From Blepharisma stoltei ATCC 30299 (lineage: Eukaryota > Protista > Ciliophora), in contig CBFDEM010000043.1 of NCBI GenBank assembly GCA_965603825.1, positions 124,001 to 188,000 of the forward strand: a stretch of 64,000 bases of DNA, written 5' to 3'. The first letter of the stretch is position 1, and every line of letters begins with the position of its first letter. The notes under the pieces are model-generated. The model ran no database searches, was not told the origin of the DNA, and worked only from the letters and a program-made list of their open reading frames with translations. Both the position numbers and the translations under genes were made by a program. Shown here one piece after another: positions 13,183 through 24,685 of this stretch.

Positions 13183-13486
13183 TTTGAATTGTAAGAAATG
13201 AAAATTAATTGAATTTAGGCCATAAGTGGATGATGAATTGTGGGATTTCGGAAGGCAGGAATGATTATTATTTTTGATTATTTTTAGATGTGCAATAATG
13301 CTTAAGTAGAGAGACTTACTGAACTTCATATTTAAATTTGTGAATTTACTACAAAAAGATTAAATTATTTATCAGAATAATTAATTATTTAATCTAAATA
13401 TATAGAACTGTTTTGCGTTAATTGCTAAAATTTTTAGAGATTTGTGATTATTTTAAGAGGATTTAGGTTCATTTGCAGTTCTAAAA

Positions 13487-13918
13487 ATGGTGAAGCACAA
13501 CAACGTGGTTCCCAATGCTCACTTTCACAAGGACTGGCAATCTTATGTAAAGACCTGGTTCAATCAACCAGCTCGCAAACAACGCCGACGCAAAGCAAGA
13601 AGCTTAAAGCTGGCAAGATCAGCACCAACTCCTCTCAAAACTTTAAGGCCAATAGTTCATGGTCAAACATTGAGATATTCAGCCAAAGAAAAGCAAGGAA
13701 GAGGATTTTCTCTTGAAGAACTCAAGAAAGCTGGCCTTACCGCACAATTTGCCAGAACGATTGGAATAAAGGTTGACCACAGACGAAGAAACAAGAGTGC
13801 AGAAACCTTACAAAAGAATGTACAAAGACTTGAACTTTTTAAGTCAAAGCTCACTCTTTACCCACTCAAGGCAGGAAAACCAAAGAAAGGCTTAGTTAAT
13901 GACGCAGTCAGTGCATAA
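13487..13918 (+). CDS. RPL13: 60S ribosomal protein eL13, C-terminally short (143 aa)
   Basis: [42 protein letters not shown] motifs. Confidence 0.95.
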   Translation: MVKHNNVVPNAHFHKDWQSYVKTWFNQPARKQRRRKARSLKLARSAPTPLKTLRPIVHGQTLRYSAKEKQGRGFSLEELKKAGLTAQFARTIGIKVDHRRRNKSAETLQKNVQRLELFKSKLTLYPLKAGKPKKGLVNDAVSA

Positions 13919-14173
13919 GTTAATAGCTTTTTCAACGAAATTTTTCTTATAATTTGTCAATTTTATTATCATAAGCTATTAAGAAATCTAGTCTTTTAGT
14001 TATTATTTTTATCTATTTTCTGAGGTAAAACATACATTTCTTATAGTAAATAAATACCTAAAAAAACAATAAAAATTTAGCTCGACAAAAAATGATCTTT
14101 AATTGGATAAATTAATAAATTATATGGTAAAAATCCTTTAAAATGCCCAAAAAATTATTTTTTAACTCGTTAG

Positions 14174-15235
14174 TTACTCTTCGAAGCCTAGCTCAAAATC
14201 AATTAGCACTTCTGGCCCTAAGCTGCAGCCAGTTAGCTCTACCGGTTTTTCAGTTGAAAAATTCCCTGGCCAAACTCTCGAAGGGTGTACTTTTTCTTCA
14301 ATTAACTTCAGTTTTTTATAAGCTGAAGCTACAAGTTCAGAACAAAAATACCCTTCTTCTGACCCTGGATCCAATCCTTTGCTTTTCTTAAAAATCGCTT
14401 TAGCAAGCCTATATTTCTTCCCAGACACTTCTTGAATAAACTCCGCCGTTTTTTCTAAAAACTGATCAGTTCTTTCAATATTCAGTTTTCTATATACAAG
14501 TCTGGTATACAGCAAATGCCACTGATACCTCATAAAGTCTGCCCATAACAAGACTTGGACTCCAGTTTGGCTTGTAGACTCAAGTAGTGCTACTTGATCA
14601 TCTTGCAGTTTCAATAGCAGAGCGACATGGTCATATTTACTTCCAGTAACAGCCCTTTGCATTTTTGCTGGTATTGCTTTGCTTCTAAATAGTAAAATAT
14701 CGCCTGTTTGTACAATTTCTTCAAATCTGTCGTTACTTATCCTTGGGTACCTTCAGAACTCTTTTTTGATGGTCACCATGTATTTTTGTTCTTTAAACCC
14801 TTCTGATGTTTTTATGTGTTTTTTTAAGGCTTCGACCCATTCTTTTATTTCTCCTGCTGTGTTTCCTTTGAGCCTAAAAACTCTTGGGGAGCCTAAAGGC
14901 TTTATGATGAGCTCTTCAGGGGATTCTGGGTTAATTACGTTTATATCGACTGTTATCTGGTTGAAATTTATAGTAGCTCTTGGCTGCTGGTCACTGTCGT
15001 TGTTATAGTAAAAAAGGACGTGGTCTTTTAATACAAAATATCTTCACTGCCAACGCTTGATAAGGTGTGTGGATTTCTTGCGTAGCCATCCTGCTTTAAC
15101 CATTAACTCTTCTTCTGTGGAAGAAGTACTAGAAAATGAGATAGACCTTAAGTCATTTAGATCTGATTGGGTATCCGAGTCAGTTTTCGATGCATTTTCA
15201 TTTTTGTGATGATTTTCTTGAGGACCACTATCCAT
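14174..15235 (-). CDS. PH domain + permuted papain-like NlpC/P60 (YiiX/YaeF, C92-like) enzyme
   Basis: Continuous frame via TGA 15044 and 14753. PH motifs KAGWLRKK..WQWRYFVL and EWVEAL; then GDILLF, YDHVALL and YFCSELVA (His before Cys, the permuted order). Confidence 0.85.
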
Positions 15236-15420
15236 ATATTTGAATTATTTTTGATAAAATCTTGTTTAAATATATGTATAAAAAATGATAATTTATAGGA
15301 GATTTATATCTAATTTTATTATGATATAGATAATGCACTTTTATTAATTGGCATTGGGTATCCTGTGAAGGTGATCCAAATATTTAAATGTTAAATATAC
15401 TTGAATAGAAAGATATTAAA

Positions 15421-15530
15421 AATAGGTCTCATGAAGTAAAGTTTAGTGAAGCAATGCAGGCCTTAGTGCCATGAAACTCCTCTGATACAGTCTACAACTG
15501 ACCGTCAAGAATTAGCGGCAATGGATCAAT
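15421..15530. ncRNA. Candidate small structured RNA (C/D-snoRNA-like?)
   Basis: GC-richer island in an AT-rich divergent spacer. Stems aggtct/aggcct, tgcc/ggca and cagt/actg; ATGAAGT...ACTGA could form a K-turn ~70 nt apart. No family recognised. Confidence 0.25.
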
Positions 15531-15593
15531 AATAATTTTTTGCATTAATTTAATTAATTTTTATGTAAAATTCCTAAAAAAGTAATATTTATT

Positions 15594-17648
15594 ATGAGCT
15601 ATTACCTTCAAATCTGTGGGATTCCAAGCAACCATATGAGCTCATCAGCGCTTCTTTGCTTTGACAATAAGCGTTATTTATTTAACACAGGTGAAGGATT
15701 ACAAAGATTCAACACAGAATTCAAGGCAAAAATCAATAAAATCACTGATATTTTTATCACAGCTATTGATCCAGACACACTAGGAGCATTGCCAGGAGTT
15801 ATGCTTTCCATGATGGAAGCTGGCGTCCCTAATTTCCACAGAAAAATCCATGGGCCTCCAGGCATAGCTGCTTATATACAGTCAACTTTGACTTTTGTAT
15901 GGAATGAAATTTTTGACATTATCGAGTACGGAAATGAAAATTTTGAAGCCCCACATGTGAAAATTACAACAGAAAGAGTTTTTCGTGACGAAAATATAAC
16001 AGTTCATGTGATTTCAGCATTTAGAGAAGAAAACAGTTTTTATGAATTTCCTGAGGGGAGAAGAATGACTCCGTCAAGCTCTGGGATTATTTATATAATT
16101 GAAGGAAAATTACAGCCGCCAAAATTTAGGGTAGATAAAGCAAAAGCCTTGGGGGTTCCTCCAGGGAAACTGTATGGAAGACTTAGCGCTGGGGAGACTA
16201 TAGAAATAGGGGATAAAATAATTACTCCAGATCAAGTGTTAGATCCAGCACCACCAGCACCAGCCTTTGCAATACTTCATTTTCCAACAGAAGATCTACT
16301 CACCCAAAATATTCAGTCTTCTTTACATTCTATTTTATCCAGCTTATCTAGCGACTTTTCTGCAATTTTAAGCTTTTCCCCTAGCCAAGTCTTACTAAAC
16401 CCTATTTACCATTCCTTAATATCGCAATTCCCTGCAGACTGCAAACACCTTTTATTTTCCTCTTCTCTTATTTCATCATATTACCTATCCCTTCCTCCAA
16501 CCTCAATTTATAAGAGCTCAGATACTTTATTAGCCCAGTTAAACGCCATTTGTCCAGAACTTTTCAATTTTTCGCCAAATGATTGAAAAGAAATTAACTC
16601 TGACGAAGCAGAAAGTTTGAAAAAAATATACCCAAATGCAGTAATTCCACAGCTACTAATGAAAATTAAGCTAAGCCCTGCACAAAATAGAGGAATTGAT
16701 ATTGCTGAGGCAATAAAGCCTTTTAATTATGAAGAAGCCATAAAAGCAGTCCAAGGGCTGAATTTTGAAAGTGAGGCACAGTGTCATGGGTTGCCATATG
16801 AAAATGTGATTGATATAAAAAAGCTAGGGGCTGACCCAGAAATTTTACTATTAGGAACAGCTTCGATGAAGCCTGGGAAGTACAGAAATGTAAGCTCAAC
16901 TTGACTAGGCGGATGGGGTGGAAGCCTTTTACTTGACTGTGGAGAAGGCACTTATTCACAACTAATAAGACGCTTCGGAAGCTCAATAAACCAAGTTTTG
17001 CTTGATCTTAGCGGAATTTTGATATCCCATTTGCACGCAGACCATCAAATAGGAATTATTAAGCTTCTCCACGAGAGGGCGAAACTTACAAATTCCCCAA
17101 TCATTGTAGTAGCTCCTTCTAATTTTGAGGTCTACTTAAATGTCTGCAACTTATTAATGGGGCCTTTGCATTATACATTTCAGCCCGTTGCAGAAACCCA
17201 GACAATCCCAGGGCTAAAATTAATCCAAACTGTCGCTGTTATCCATAGAATTGAAGCTTATGGGTTTATTATTGACCATGAGTCAGGATGAAGAATAGTC
17301 TATAGTGGAGATACAAGACCATCAGAAAATCTTGCTACAGCCGGAAATGGCGCCACTTTGCTTATCCATGAAGCTACATTTGAAGATGAACTTCAAACTG
17401 ACGCTGTCGAAAAAATGCATTCTACCTTAAGTGAAGCTTTAAATATTGCCCAGTCTATGAATGCTTGAAAAGTCGTTTTGACGCATTTTTCGCAGAGATA
17501 TTCAAAAATCCCAAAAACTACACAGGTAGACGCAATTTTGGGGCTGGATTTAATGAAGTTTAAGCTGTCAGATGCACATATTGCTATTGAAAATATGAGT
17601 AAGTTATTGAAAATTTTAGATGCATTAGAGGAGAAAAAAGATAGCTAA
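15594..17648 (+). CDS. ELAC2: Long-form tRNase Z (RNase ZL, ELAC2/Trz1)
   Basis: RYLFNTGEGLQR, GVPPG exosite, LLGTAS..P.KYRNVS, LDCGEG, HLHADH, GW.IVYSGDT, HEATF, THFSQRY. In-frame TGA at 16584, 16902, 17289, 17466; TAA 17646-17648. Confidence 0.95.
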
Positions 17649-17661
17649 TTTTTTAATTAAA

Positions 17662-18711
17662 TTAAGGTCGTTGAGTAATAGAGATAGGAATGGATAAGGA
17701 GGATGCTTTGCTGTGGAACTTTAAGCCAGGGGTGGAATTTGTAGAAAAATCTGAAGAATTTTTTTTTGAGAATTTTTTGCTGAGATCAAGTTTGCCTGGA
17801 GATAAAGAATACCGGGGCTTGTAAACTGGCTTTAGGTTTGTGAATTTTTCGTTGAGACGTTCGTGGATTTCAAAGTGAAGCAAGGGTTTTAAACGTTTTT
17901 CTAAGTGGATCACTTCTAAACATTTTTCTTCGAATTTGGATTTAAAGTAATTAATGAGAGATTGGTGGCTTGTTTGGTAATTTCTTGAGTCAAATTCCAA
18001 GTATTTTGGGTCTGCAGTGCTTTTTTCAAATAGATCATTTAGCTCTTCTTCTTTTTCTTTTAATCTTAATTTTAACTGATTTTTCTTATTTTTCAACTTG
18101 TCTATTTTTTTCCTTAAATTCTCGATTAATTTTGTGTCGTTTTTCAAAAGATTTTTCAAATTGTTTATTTCTAAAATAAGTTTGGGATTTTCATTGAGCT
18201 TAATTTTATGCTTTTTTTCTTTGTTTAAAGAAGCTGCGCTCTCACTTGCAATAATTTTTTTTAAGTCTAAGCATTCTAGATTGCGGATTTGGATTAGGTC
18301 GTTTAAGGTTTGGTTATCAGATTTTAGATTTTCTATTATTTCAATCGTATCATTTTCATGTCTAAACCTATTATTTTCAACAGTTTTTAATTTCGCTTCT
18401 GTATACTCAATTCCTTTCTTTAGTTGATTTTCTAAGTCTACATGAAATCTTATATCTTTTTTAAGCTCAGAAATGGTTTTTTCATAATGATCGATTATAT
18501 CAAGATTACCTGAGTCCATAGATTTCAATTTGGCATAAATTGACAAATGTTTAGATATTTCTTCTAATATTTTCAATGGTGACAAAGTATGAAATTCCGT
18601 TAGTTTTTCTTGGTAGCTTTCATAGTCTTGTGATTTATAATAGTCCTTGAGAAATGAAGTGTATACAGAAGATATCTCAAGCTCTAATTGAGGAATATTA
18701 GGATTTTCCAT
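17662..18711 (-). CDS. Coiled-coil hypothetical protein
   Basis: 349-aa ATG..TAA ORF, heptad-rich. Confidence 0.75.
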   Translation of the reverse strand: MENPNIPQLELEISSVYTSFLKDYYKSQDYESYQEKLTEFHTLSPLKILEEISKHLSIYAKLKSMDSGNLDIIDHYEKTISELKKDIRFHVDLENQLKKGIEYTEAKLKTVENNRFRHENDTIEIIENLKSDNQTLNDLIQIRNLECLDLKKIIASESAASLNKEKKHKIKLNENPKLILEINNLKNLLKNDTKLIENLRKKIDKLKNKKNQLKLRLKEKEEELNDLFEKSTADPKYLEFDSRNYQTSHQSLINYFKSKFEEKCLEVIHLEKRLKPLLHFEIHERLNEKFTNLKPVYKPRYSLSPGKLDLSKKFSKKNSSDFSTNSTPGLKFHSKASSLSIPISITQRP

Positions 18712-18875
18712 TGTGAATAAATAATCAAATGGCTTTAAATTAATTTCTTTATTAATAAATTATTATTGAGCTTATTTTATCTAGCAATTTCATATAAAAT
18801 CCCAAGAAAATATTTATTTTCAAAATCATATTAAAGTATTGCTGATTAATTCATATTTATCCCACAAGAATACTG

Positions 18876-19352
18876 ATGTATTATAATCATAAAAAAATGT
18901 GCTCGACTCTATTAAAAAATTTCGCAATGTTGAGAACAATAAAGTCATGTGAAGACGTTTCAGACGGAGATTTATACAAAACAGAAACAGTAGCAAGCCT
19001 TTCTCATTCCAGCACCAATGACGACATTTGTCCTTCTCTCTACACTCTAGATAACAAAGAGGATTTTGAATCTTTATGCATAATTAATCTAAAAAATTGC
19101 CAAACTCCAGATTGCTATCGCACAAATCCATTAACCCCAAGTGAAAATTTACATTTATTTACACGATTAGAAGTAAATAAAGAAATAAAAATTCGGGATT
19201 TAAATTGAAAAATAAGGAAGCTTTTACATTATTTAGATGAAGAAATCGAAGCTATTTCTATCAGAGATGAGTGTAGCATAGCGCCTAAGCCTTTAGAACT
19301 TGATTCTCCTTCATCAAATTTTATTAAGCAGCGGAGAAAAGCTAAAAAATAG
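18876..19352 (+). CDS. Hypothetical protein
   Basis: ORF 18876..19208 extends through TGA 19206 to TAG 19350-19352. The start could be 18897. Confidence 0.6.
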
Positions 19353-19471
19353 CTTTTCTTGTATAATAAATAGAATAAACATTTTTGTTTACATAATTAA
19401 CCCCCAAAATTATTAATTTTTCCCTAAATTAAAACTTCATATATTTTCTTTCAAATTGTCGTAATATTAAA

Positions 19472-22400
19472 ATGTCTTTTCCTCAAATGTAAAATTCATA
19501 TAGGAAACCTGACCCAAAATCTCCTGCATCCCACTATGATGAAGAAATCAGCAAAGAAAGCGACGAACATCTATTTGAGAAAAAAGTCTACAGGCAGTCT
19601 AGCAACCGCCCACATAGTGCAAAAGCAGCTGATTTCCAAATTTCTAAAACATCAAATCGTAAAACCGGCCGCCCTATTTCAGCTCATAAGCAGGCTCAAG
19701 TTAGCAGGTTAAGAGGGAAAACCAAGCGAGACTCGGACGTGACCTTTTTGGCAAGGCTAAGACCAAGGGGGATTCCTATGGACAAAGAAAGATTGTATGA
19801 AGATAACATGGCGTTGAAACTTAAAATGAATATGATCAATGAAGAAATGGTCAAATTAAGGACAAAGCTGAACCAATATGAGAGGGAAATCATCAAAAGA
19901 GACGATTTAATTGAAGAATTAAGAAACCCAGCAGAAAAAATCCCAGGGCAAAACATAAAACAGACCCATCTCGTCGCGAATTTGAAACAGAGCATAAAAG
20001 AGCTGAGAATGGATTTACAAGCTAAAGATGAAGAAATAAACAAATTGAAAAAAAATATAAAATCGACAAGATCAAGCGAAATGGAGATAGAAATCCAAGC
20101 TTACATCGATGAATGTACAAGACTAAGGCATCATCTTGAAGAAGTTATGAGACAACGTGATAGCCCAAGAAGCTCTCAAGGTTTTGCTAACGCAGAAGAT
20201 AGAAATTATCAGCAAGAAGTGCAAATGAATAATCTCCACAATGAAAATCAGCAGCTTACCAAAGTATTGGCAGAGGTACAAGAAGAAGCTTCAAGATGGA
20301 AAGAAAAAGCGCTTGAAAATGAAAAAAATAAGAAAAATGCAGCTCCGAAAAAAGGGGAAGCGAATAACTTGAAAAATGAAATACAAAAACTTAAGGCACA
20401 ACTGGATGCTGGGCAGAAAAATTTAGCTGTAAAAGAAGCGGATTTAAAAATGATTTCAGAAAAATCGAAAAAAGAAGCCCAGGATCTTGTTAGTAAACTT
20501 GAAATGTCAGAAGAAAAAATAAGGGAGCAAAATTTGTTGATAGAGCAGCTGAGAAATCAGTTGTCTGGGCAAGGAAAAGCAGAGAATTCGAAACAAAATA
20601 AGATGGAAGAGTCAAAAGTTCAGCCTAAAAAGAGTAAATTGAAAAATCCAAATAAATTTTTGAAAAAAATCCATTCAATTTTAGCTAAAAAGAAAATTGA
20701 TATCGAAACATTTTCACGGCTAATTGACAAAAAAATGACCGGAACTATTGATATTGATGACTTTGTTTCAGAAACAAAAAAAATTGGTAAAAAAATAAAG
20801 AAAAAACATGTGGAGCAAGCTTTAAAAGAAATTTCTGACAAAGGAAAAATCCATTTAGGTAAGTTAATCCAGTACTATGAAAATTACGAATTTGAGGACA
20901 AAAATTCAAGCTCTTCGTCAAGTGATGAAGAAGTAGAAAAACAAAACAACAAAGAAAACCAAAAACAAGCTAATCAGCCATTCCCTGATAAAATTGATAT
21001 TGAAGTCCCAGCCGCATCCCAAGCAGCTCCCCCCAAACAAAAACAAGAAGTAAAACCTCAGCCTAAAGACTCCAAACCTGTAGAACCAAAAATAAAAACA
21101 GTAAAACCAAACCAATTATCTGACACTTTTAAACACATATCTCTCCGTATGCAACTTCATAGACTTCCCAAGCAAAGCTTGATGCTTGCCCTCTTTGAGT
21201 CTCTCCCTAACAAAGAAAAACCAATCACAAAACCTGAATTATCAGTCCTTTTTGAAAGACCTCCTTTTAGTCTCACCGATAAAGCCGAAATAGACTTAAT
21301 ATCTAGGTTCTTATTAGAACCCGACGACCCAGAAATTTCACAAAGCCAAGCTAATATCTTAAAAAGCACTCCCAAAGAAATAGTCGCAAAATTAGGGAAA
21401 AACCTAGAAGACTGGGACATTTTTACTACAGAGGACGAAGAAGATTACGATAAACAGCTGGCTCTTGCCATAAACAAAAATAAAGTTACATTAAAAGAAG
21501 CTTGCAAACTATATGACGATAAAGAAACCGGCGTGATTAAGCTGAGTCAGTTTAAAGACGCCCTAAAGCAAGCTGACATACTGTTTCCTTCAAAATTATT
21601 TGCTTATATGAGCTTATTGTTTTATTCTCACAATTATGAGCTTGACTCAGTTCCTTATCGGCATTTTTTGAAAGCATATGGGTCACCAATGGACGGAGAA
21701 GAAGAGTATGAAGAAGACGAAGACATTTCTGATGAAGAAAGGGCAAAGGTGGTAAGGCATTATCTGGGAGTAATGGCACAAATTATGATAAAACTGAAGA
21801 AAACAGTAAAAGAAGTATTTAAATTTGATAAAAATGGGCTGATATCCCCAGATAACTTTATTGAAGGTCTTCAAACCTTAGGAATGAATAATATTGAACA
21901 AGACCATGTAGTATTGATATTAGAAGCTTTACAATATGAAGAATCAGAAAACGACGTCTGCATTAGTGCAGATGAACTCGAAGAAATTTTAGTTCACTAC
22001 GGAGTCCCTGCGCTCAGAGATTCAGAAAGAGATCAGTCCAGCAGCAGGCGGTCAAAAACCTCTTCAGAGTCCTCCACAGGGCATATTAAAAAAGTATCCC
22101 TCTTAGAGTCCCCAGAAAACTATGAATACAGTGAAGACTCCCCAGAAAAAGCCAACAAAAACTCAGTCGGAATCAGTGAAAGCTCCCCATTTGCCAGCTT
22201 ATCTGGTGCAGAAATAAACAAAAACCCTTCTGGCAAAAGTCTCCCTAAAAATAAAAAAAGTGAAGAAAATTCCCCAAATTTCAAGCCAAGTGACAAACCA
22301 GGTAATAAAATTGGAAAAATTTCGAATTTAGCACAAAATTTAGAAAAGGAAGAGGAAGAAGAATATGAGAGCGACTATGCAGAAGATTATGAAGAGCAAG

Positions 22401-22531
22401 GATCGCAGGACTCAAGTATTGTATATAAGAGTTCTGAAGAAGAAATGGGAGCAAAATCAGCTGGGGAGGTAAATGAAAGTTATGGGAGTGAATATGAAGA
22501 AGAGCAGTCAGGATCGTCTGTAGATGTATAA
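19472..22531 (+). CDS. IQCE-like coiled-coil protein with degenerate C-terminal EF-hands and an acidic tail (one 15-nt intron)
   Basis: ATG 19472 plus the intron 19489..19503 extends ORF 19739..22531. 'KERLYEDN..LK..LRTKL..EREIIKRDDLIEEL...LVANLKQSI...KNIKST...EME.E..AY.DE..RL' resembles the IQCE N-terminal coiled coil. EF-like loops DKKMTGTIDIDD, DDKETGVIKLSQ, DKNGLISPDN. Confidence 0.7.
19489..19503 (+). other. 15-nt spliceosomal intron
   Basis: gtaaaattcatatag; creates an in-frame TAA if retained. Confidence 0.8.
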
Positions 22532-22533
22532 AA

Positions 22534-23133
22534 TTAATAAAATCTCTGAAAATTTAAATCTTCATGAGGATAGGTTCCGTCAAACGTCTTAAATTGATAG
22601 GCGTGGTCATCTATAACCGCTGGCTTTGGCTCCAGACTTTTTTTGCGTGCTATTATTTTATATCTTCTTTCTCTTGATTTTAGTATACTTTCCCTGTATT
22701 TTAAGTGTTTTTGGTAGTCTTTTTCATAGCTTTTAAAATCCACTGAATTTGTCGCATTTTTTAATCGATGAGATATATGCAAATTTTCTTGTAAAATTTT
22801 TACCTGATTTCATAGACGATATTGGAAATTTGATGAATTATATTTTTTAGGGGGTTGAGTTCTAGCTGTCGAGCTAGAAATACTTGTAAGATTTCTCAGA
22901 ATTCTGATGTTATCTTCATAAATTCTTTCGTTTTCTAAATAAAAATAACCTCTTGAGGTGAGCACTCTAGCTGAGTTTATATGATTTAGGTGAGGGAAAT
23001 ATTTAGGGGAAGAACAGTCTATTGACGATTTAAGCTCTTTGATTTCTTTTAATTTTTTGTGATGATGGACCATTGTGTGCTTCCATTCTTTTAAATCGGG
23101 CTGAAAAGTCATTGCCATGCTTTTAGGTTTCAT
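22534..23133 (-). CDS. CFAP97/Hemingway (KIAA1430)-domain ciliary protein
   Basis: 'H.KKL.E.K.SID.S.P..F.HL', 'RIYEDN..ILRNL..I', 'I.QEN..I..RL' and 'YEKDYQKH..Y' pattern. Read through TGA 22810; probable 15-nt intron 22935..22949. Confidence 0.7.
22935..22949 (-). other. Probable 15-nt intron (in-frame, no stop)
   Basis: gttatttttatttag with A10; retention would insert about five odd residues (GYFYL). Confidence 0.55.
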
Positions 23134-23332
23134 TTTATTATTTTAAGTTTATTTCATTGAGAAATAAATTTAAGTAAAATCTTATCAAATTATGTTAAAT
23201 AATTTAAATCGGTAAATATTCTATATTTATATACTATAATAGACTGTTTTAATTATATAATGTCTTAATTTGTGAGTCAAATAAAAATAGTGAATTTGAC
23301 AATCTTTTTGTCTTGTTTTAGTCCCTATAAAA

Positions 23333-24673
23333 ATGTCATACTACTGTGGAATTTGCAATAATCTCAATGAAGCGTCTCTAATATGCACAGTTGACAATGA
23401 AAAATTCTGCGAAAAATGCCTTGAATTCCACATGAAAAATGATCAATTTGACGAGCATAAAATTCAGCCAATTGAGTTTTATGAAGAAGAAAAACAAAAA
23501 GAAGAACAAAGGAGCATTGAAAACTCACAAAAAGTTTCTGAAGCTTTAAGAGACAGAATTCTTAAAGAGCATGGACTTCTTGATAGCTACGTAGAAGAAA
23601 TAAAGAGTTTATTAGTGAAAAAGCGAGATTATTTGCATCAAATAATTGATAACATCATCCAAAAACAAATTGAAGAGTGCTATGAAGTAAGGGATTCTGC
23701 TAGAGTTGAAATGGAATTATTGCTAAAAGAACTATCAGTAGATTATTCACATAATATTGAAGCCTCAGATTTAGTTGAAAGGTTTCAGACTATTGAAGAG
23801 ACGCATAATCTAAAATTTTTAGAAATCAGAAATGCAACTCATAATGAAAGCCTTGGGAAAGTTCTGAAACAGGAATTGAATTATGCTTTACAGTATTATC
23901 CGTATGGAAAACCTATATCTTTGTATTATTTTAAGCCTGTTTCTGACCAATTATCTCTTTATAATGGTGCAAGTAACTCTCTTAACAGTATAGAGATCCC
24001 TTCACAGGTATTTAAAGATTACCCAGCTTATTGTAAATTGCCTGATGATACTGTTCTTTATTCTGGAGGATGGCAAAACAACTCTTCATGCTCAGAAGTA
24101 TTTTTAATTGACCCTAGGTTCAGAGAAATCGAAATAAAACCATCATTAAAAACTGCTAGACATCAACACTCCATGATCTACTATAATGGAGCCATATATG
24201 TTTTTGGTGGCGCCACAGCTACCGGCATCACAAATTCTTCAGAAAAATGAATAATCGGTGATAGTGAGTGAAAACCAAATGGATTTATGAACAAATCCAA
24301 AGCCCAAATGGGCATCTGTGAGCTGAAAGGGATCATATATATATCAGGAGAAAAAGAAATCGAAAGCTTTAACCCTGCTACAAATGAATTCAAAGAGCTT
24401 CCAATTGTGATGGAAGGACGGTTTTTATCTGTACTTGTACCAAGACAAAATTCTATATTAATGTTCCGAGGAGGAGATTTAAGAGAAATTGAAATTGAGC
24501 CAAGATTAATCGACTTTATTGTGTCACCGATTAGAAAAACTGAATGATGGTGCCCTACACAGCCAGTTTGGGTAGGAAGCCAAATATTTCTGTTTACGGA
24601 TTATAGTAAAACTGTGTATTGCTATGATATGAGGGACAAAAAACTTTACCTTGCAAATAACTTAAGGCAATAA
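23333..24673 (+). CDS. B-box-like Zn finger + coiled coil + Kelch-repeat protein
   Basis: CxxC...C..D...FCEKC...H N-terminus; Kelch motifs YSGG, LKTARHQHS, IYVFGG. TGA 24248, 24269 (Kelch W) and 24545; TAA 24671-24673. Confidence 0.85.
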
Positions 24674-24685
24674 TATATTTAATAT

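Noticed and set aside
6578-13201. Many antisense S/F/L-rich ORFs over CEP290 (and similar ones over VPS13, kinesin and others)
   Set aside because: Shadow frames of E/K-rich coding sequence with no motifs.
13911-13926. Possible 16-nt intron gtgcataagttaatag rescuing the eL13 C-terminus
   Set aside because: Splicing gives only TFSTKFFL-stop, unlike eL13, and the 5' splice site is atypical.
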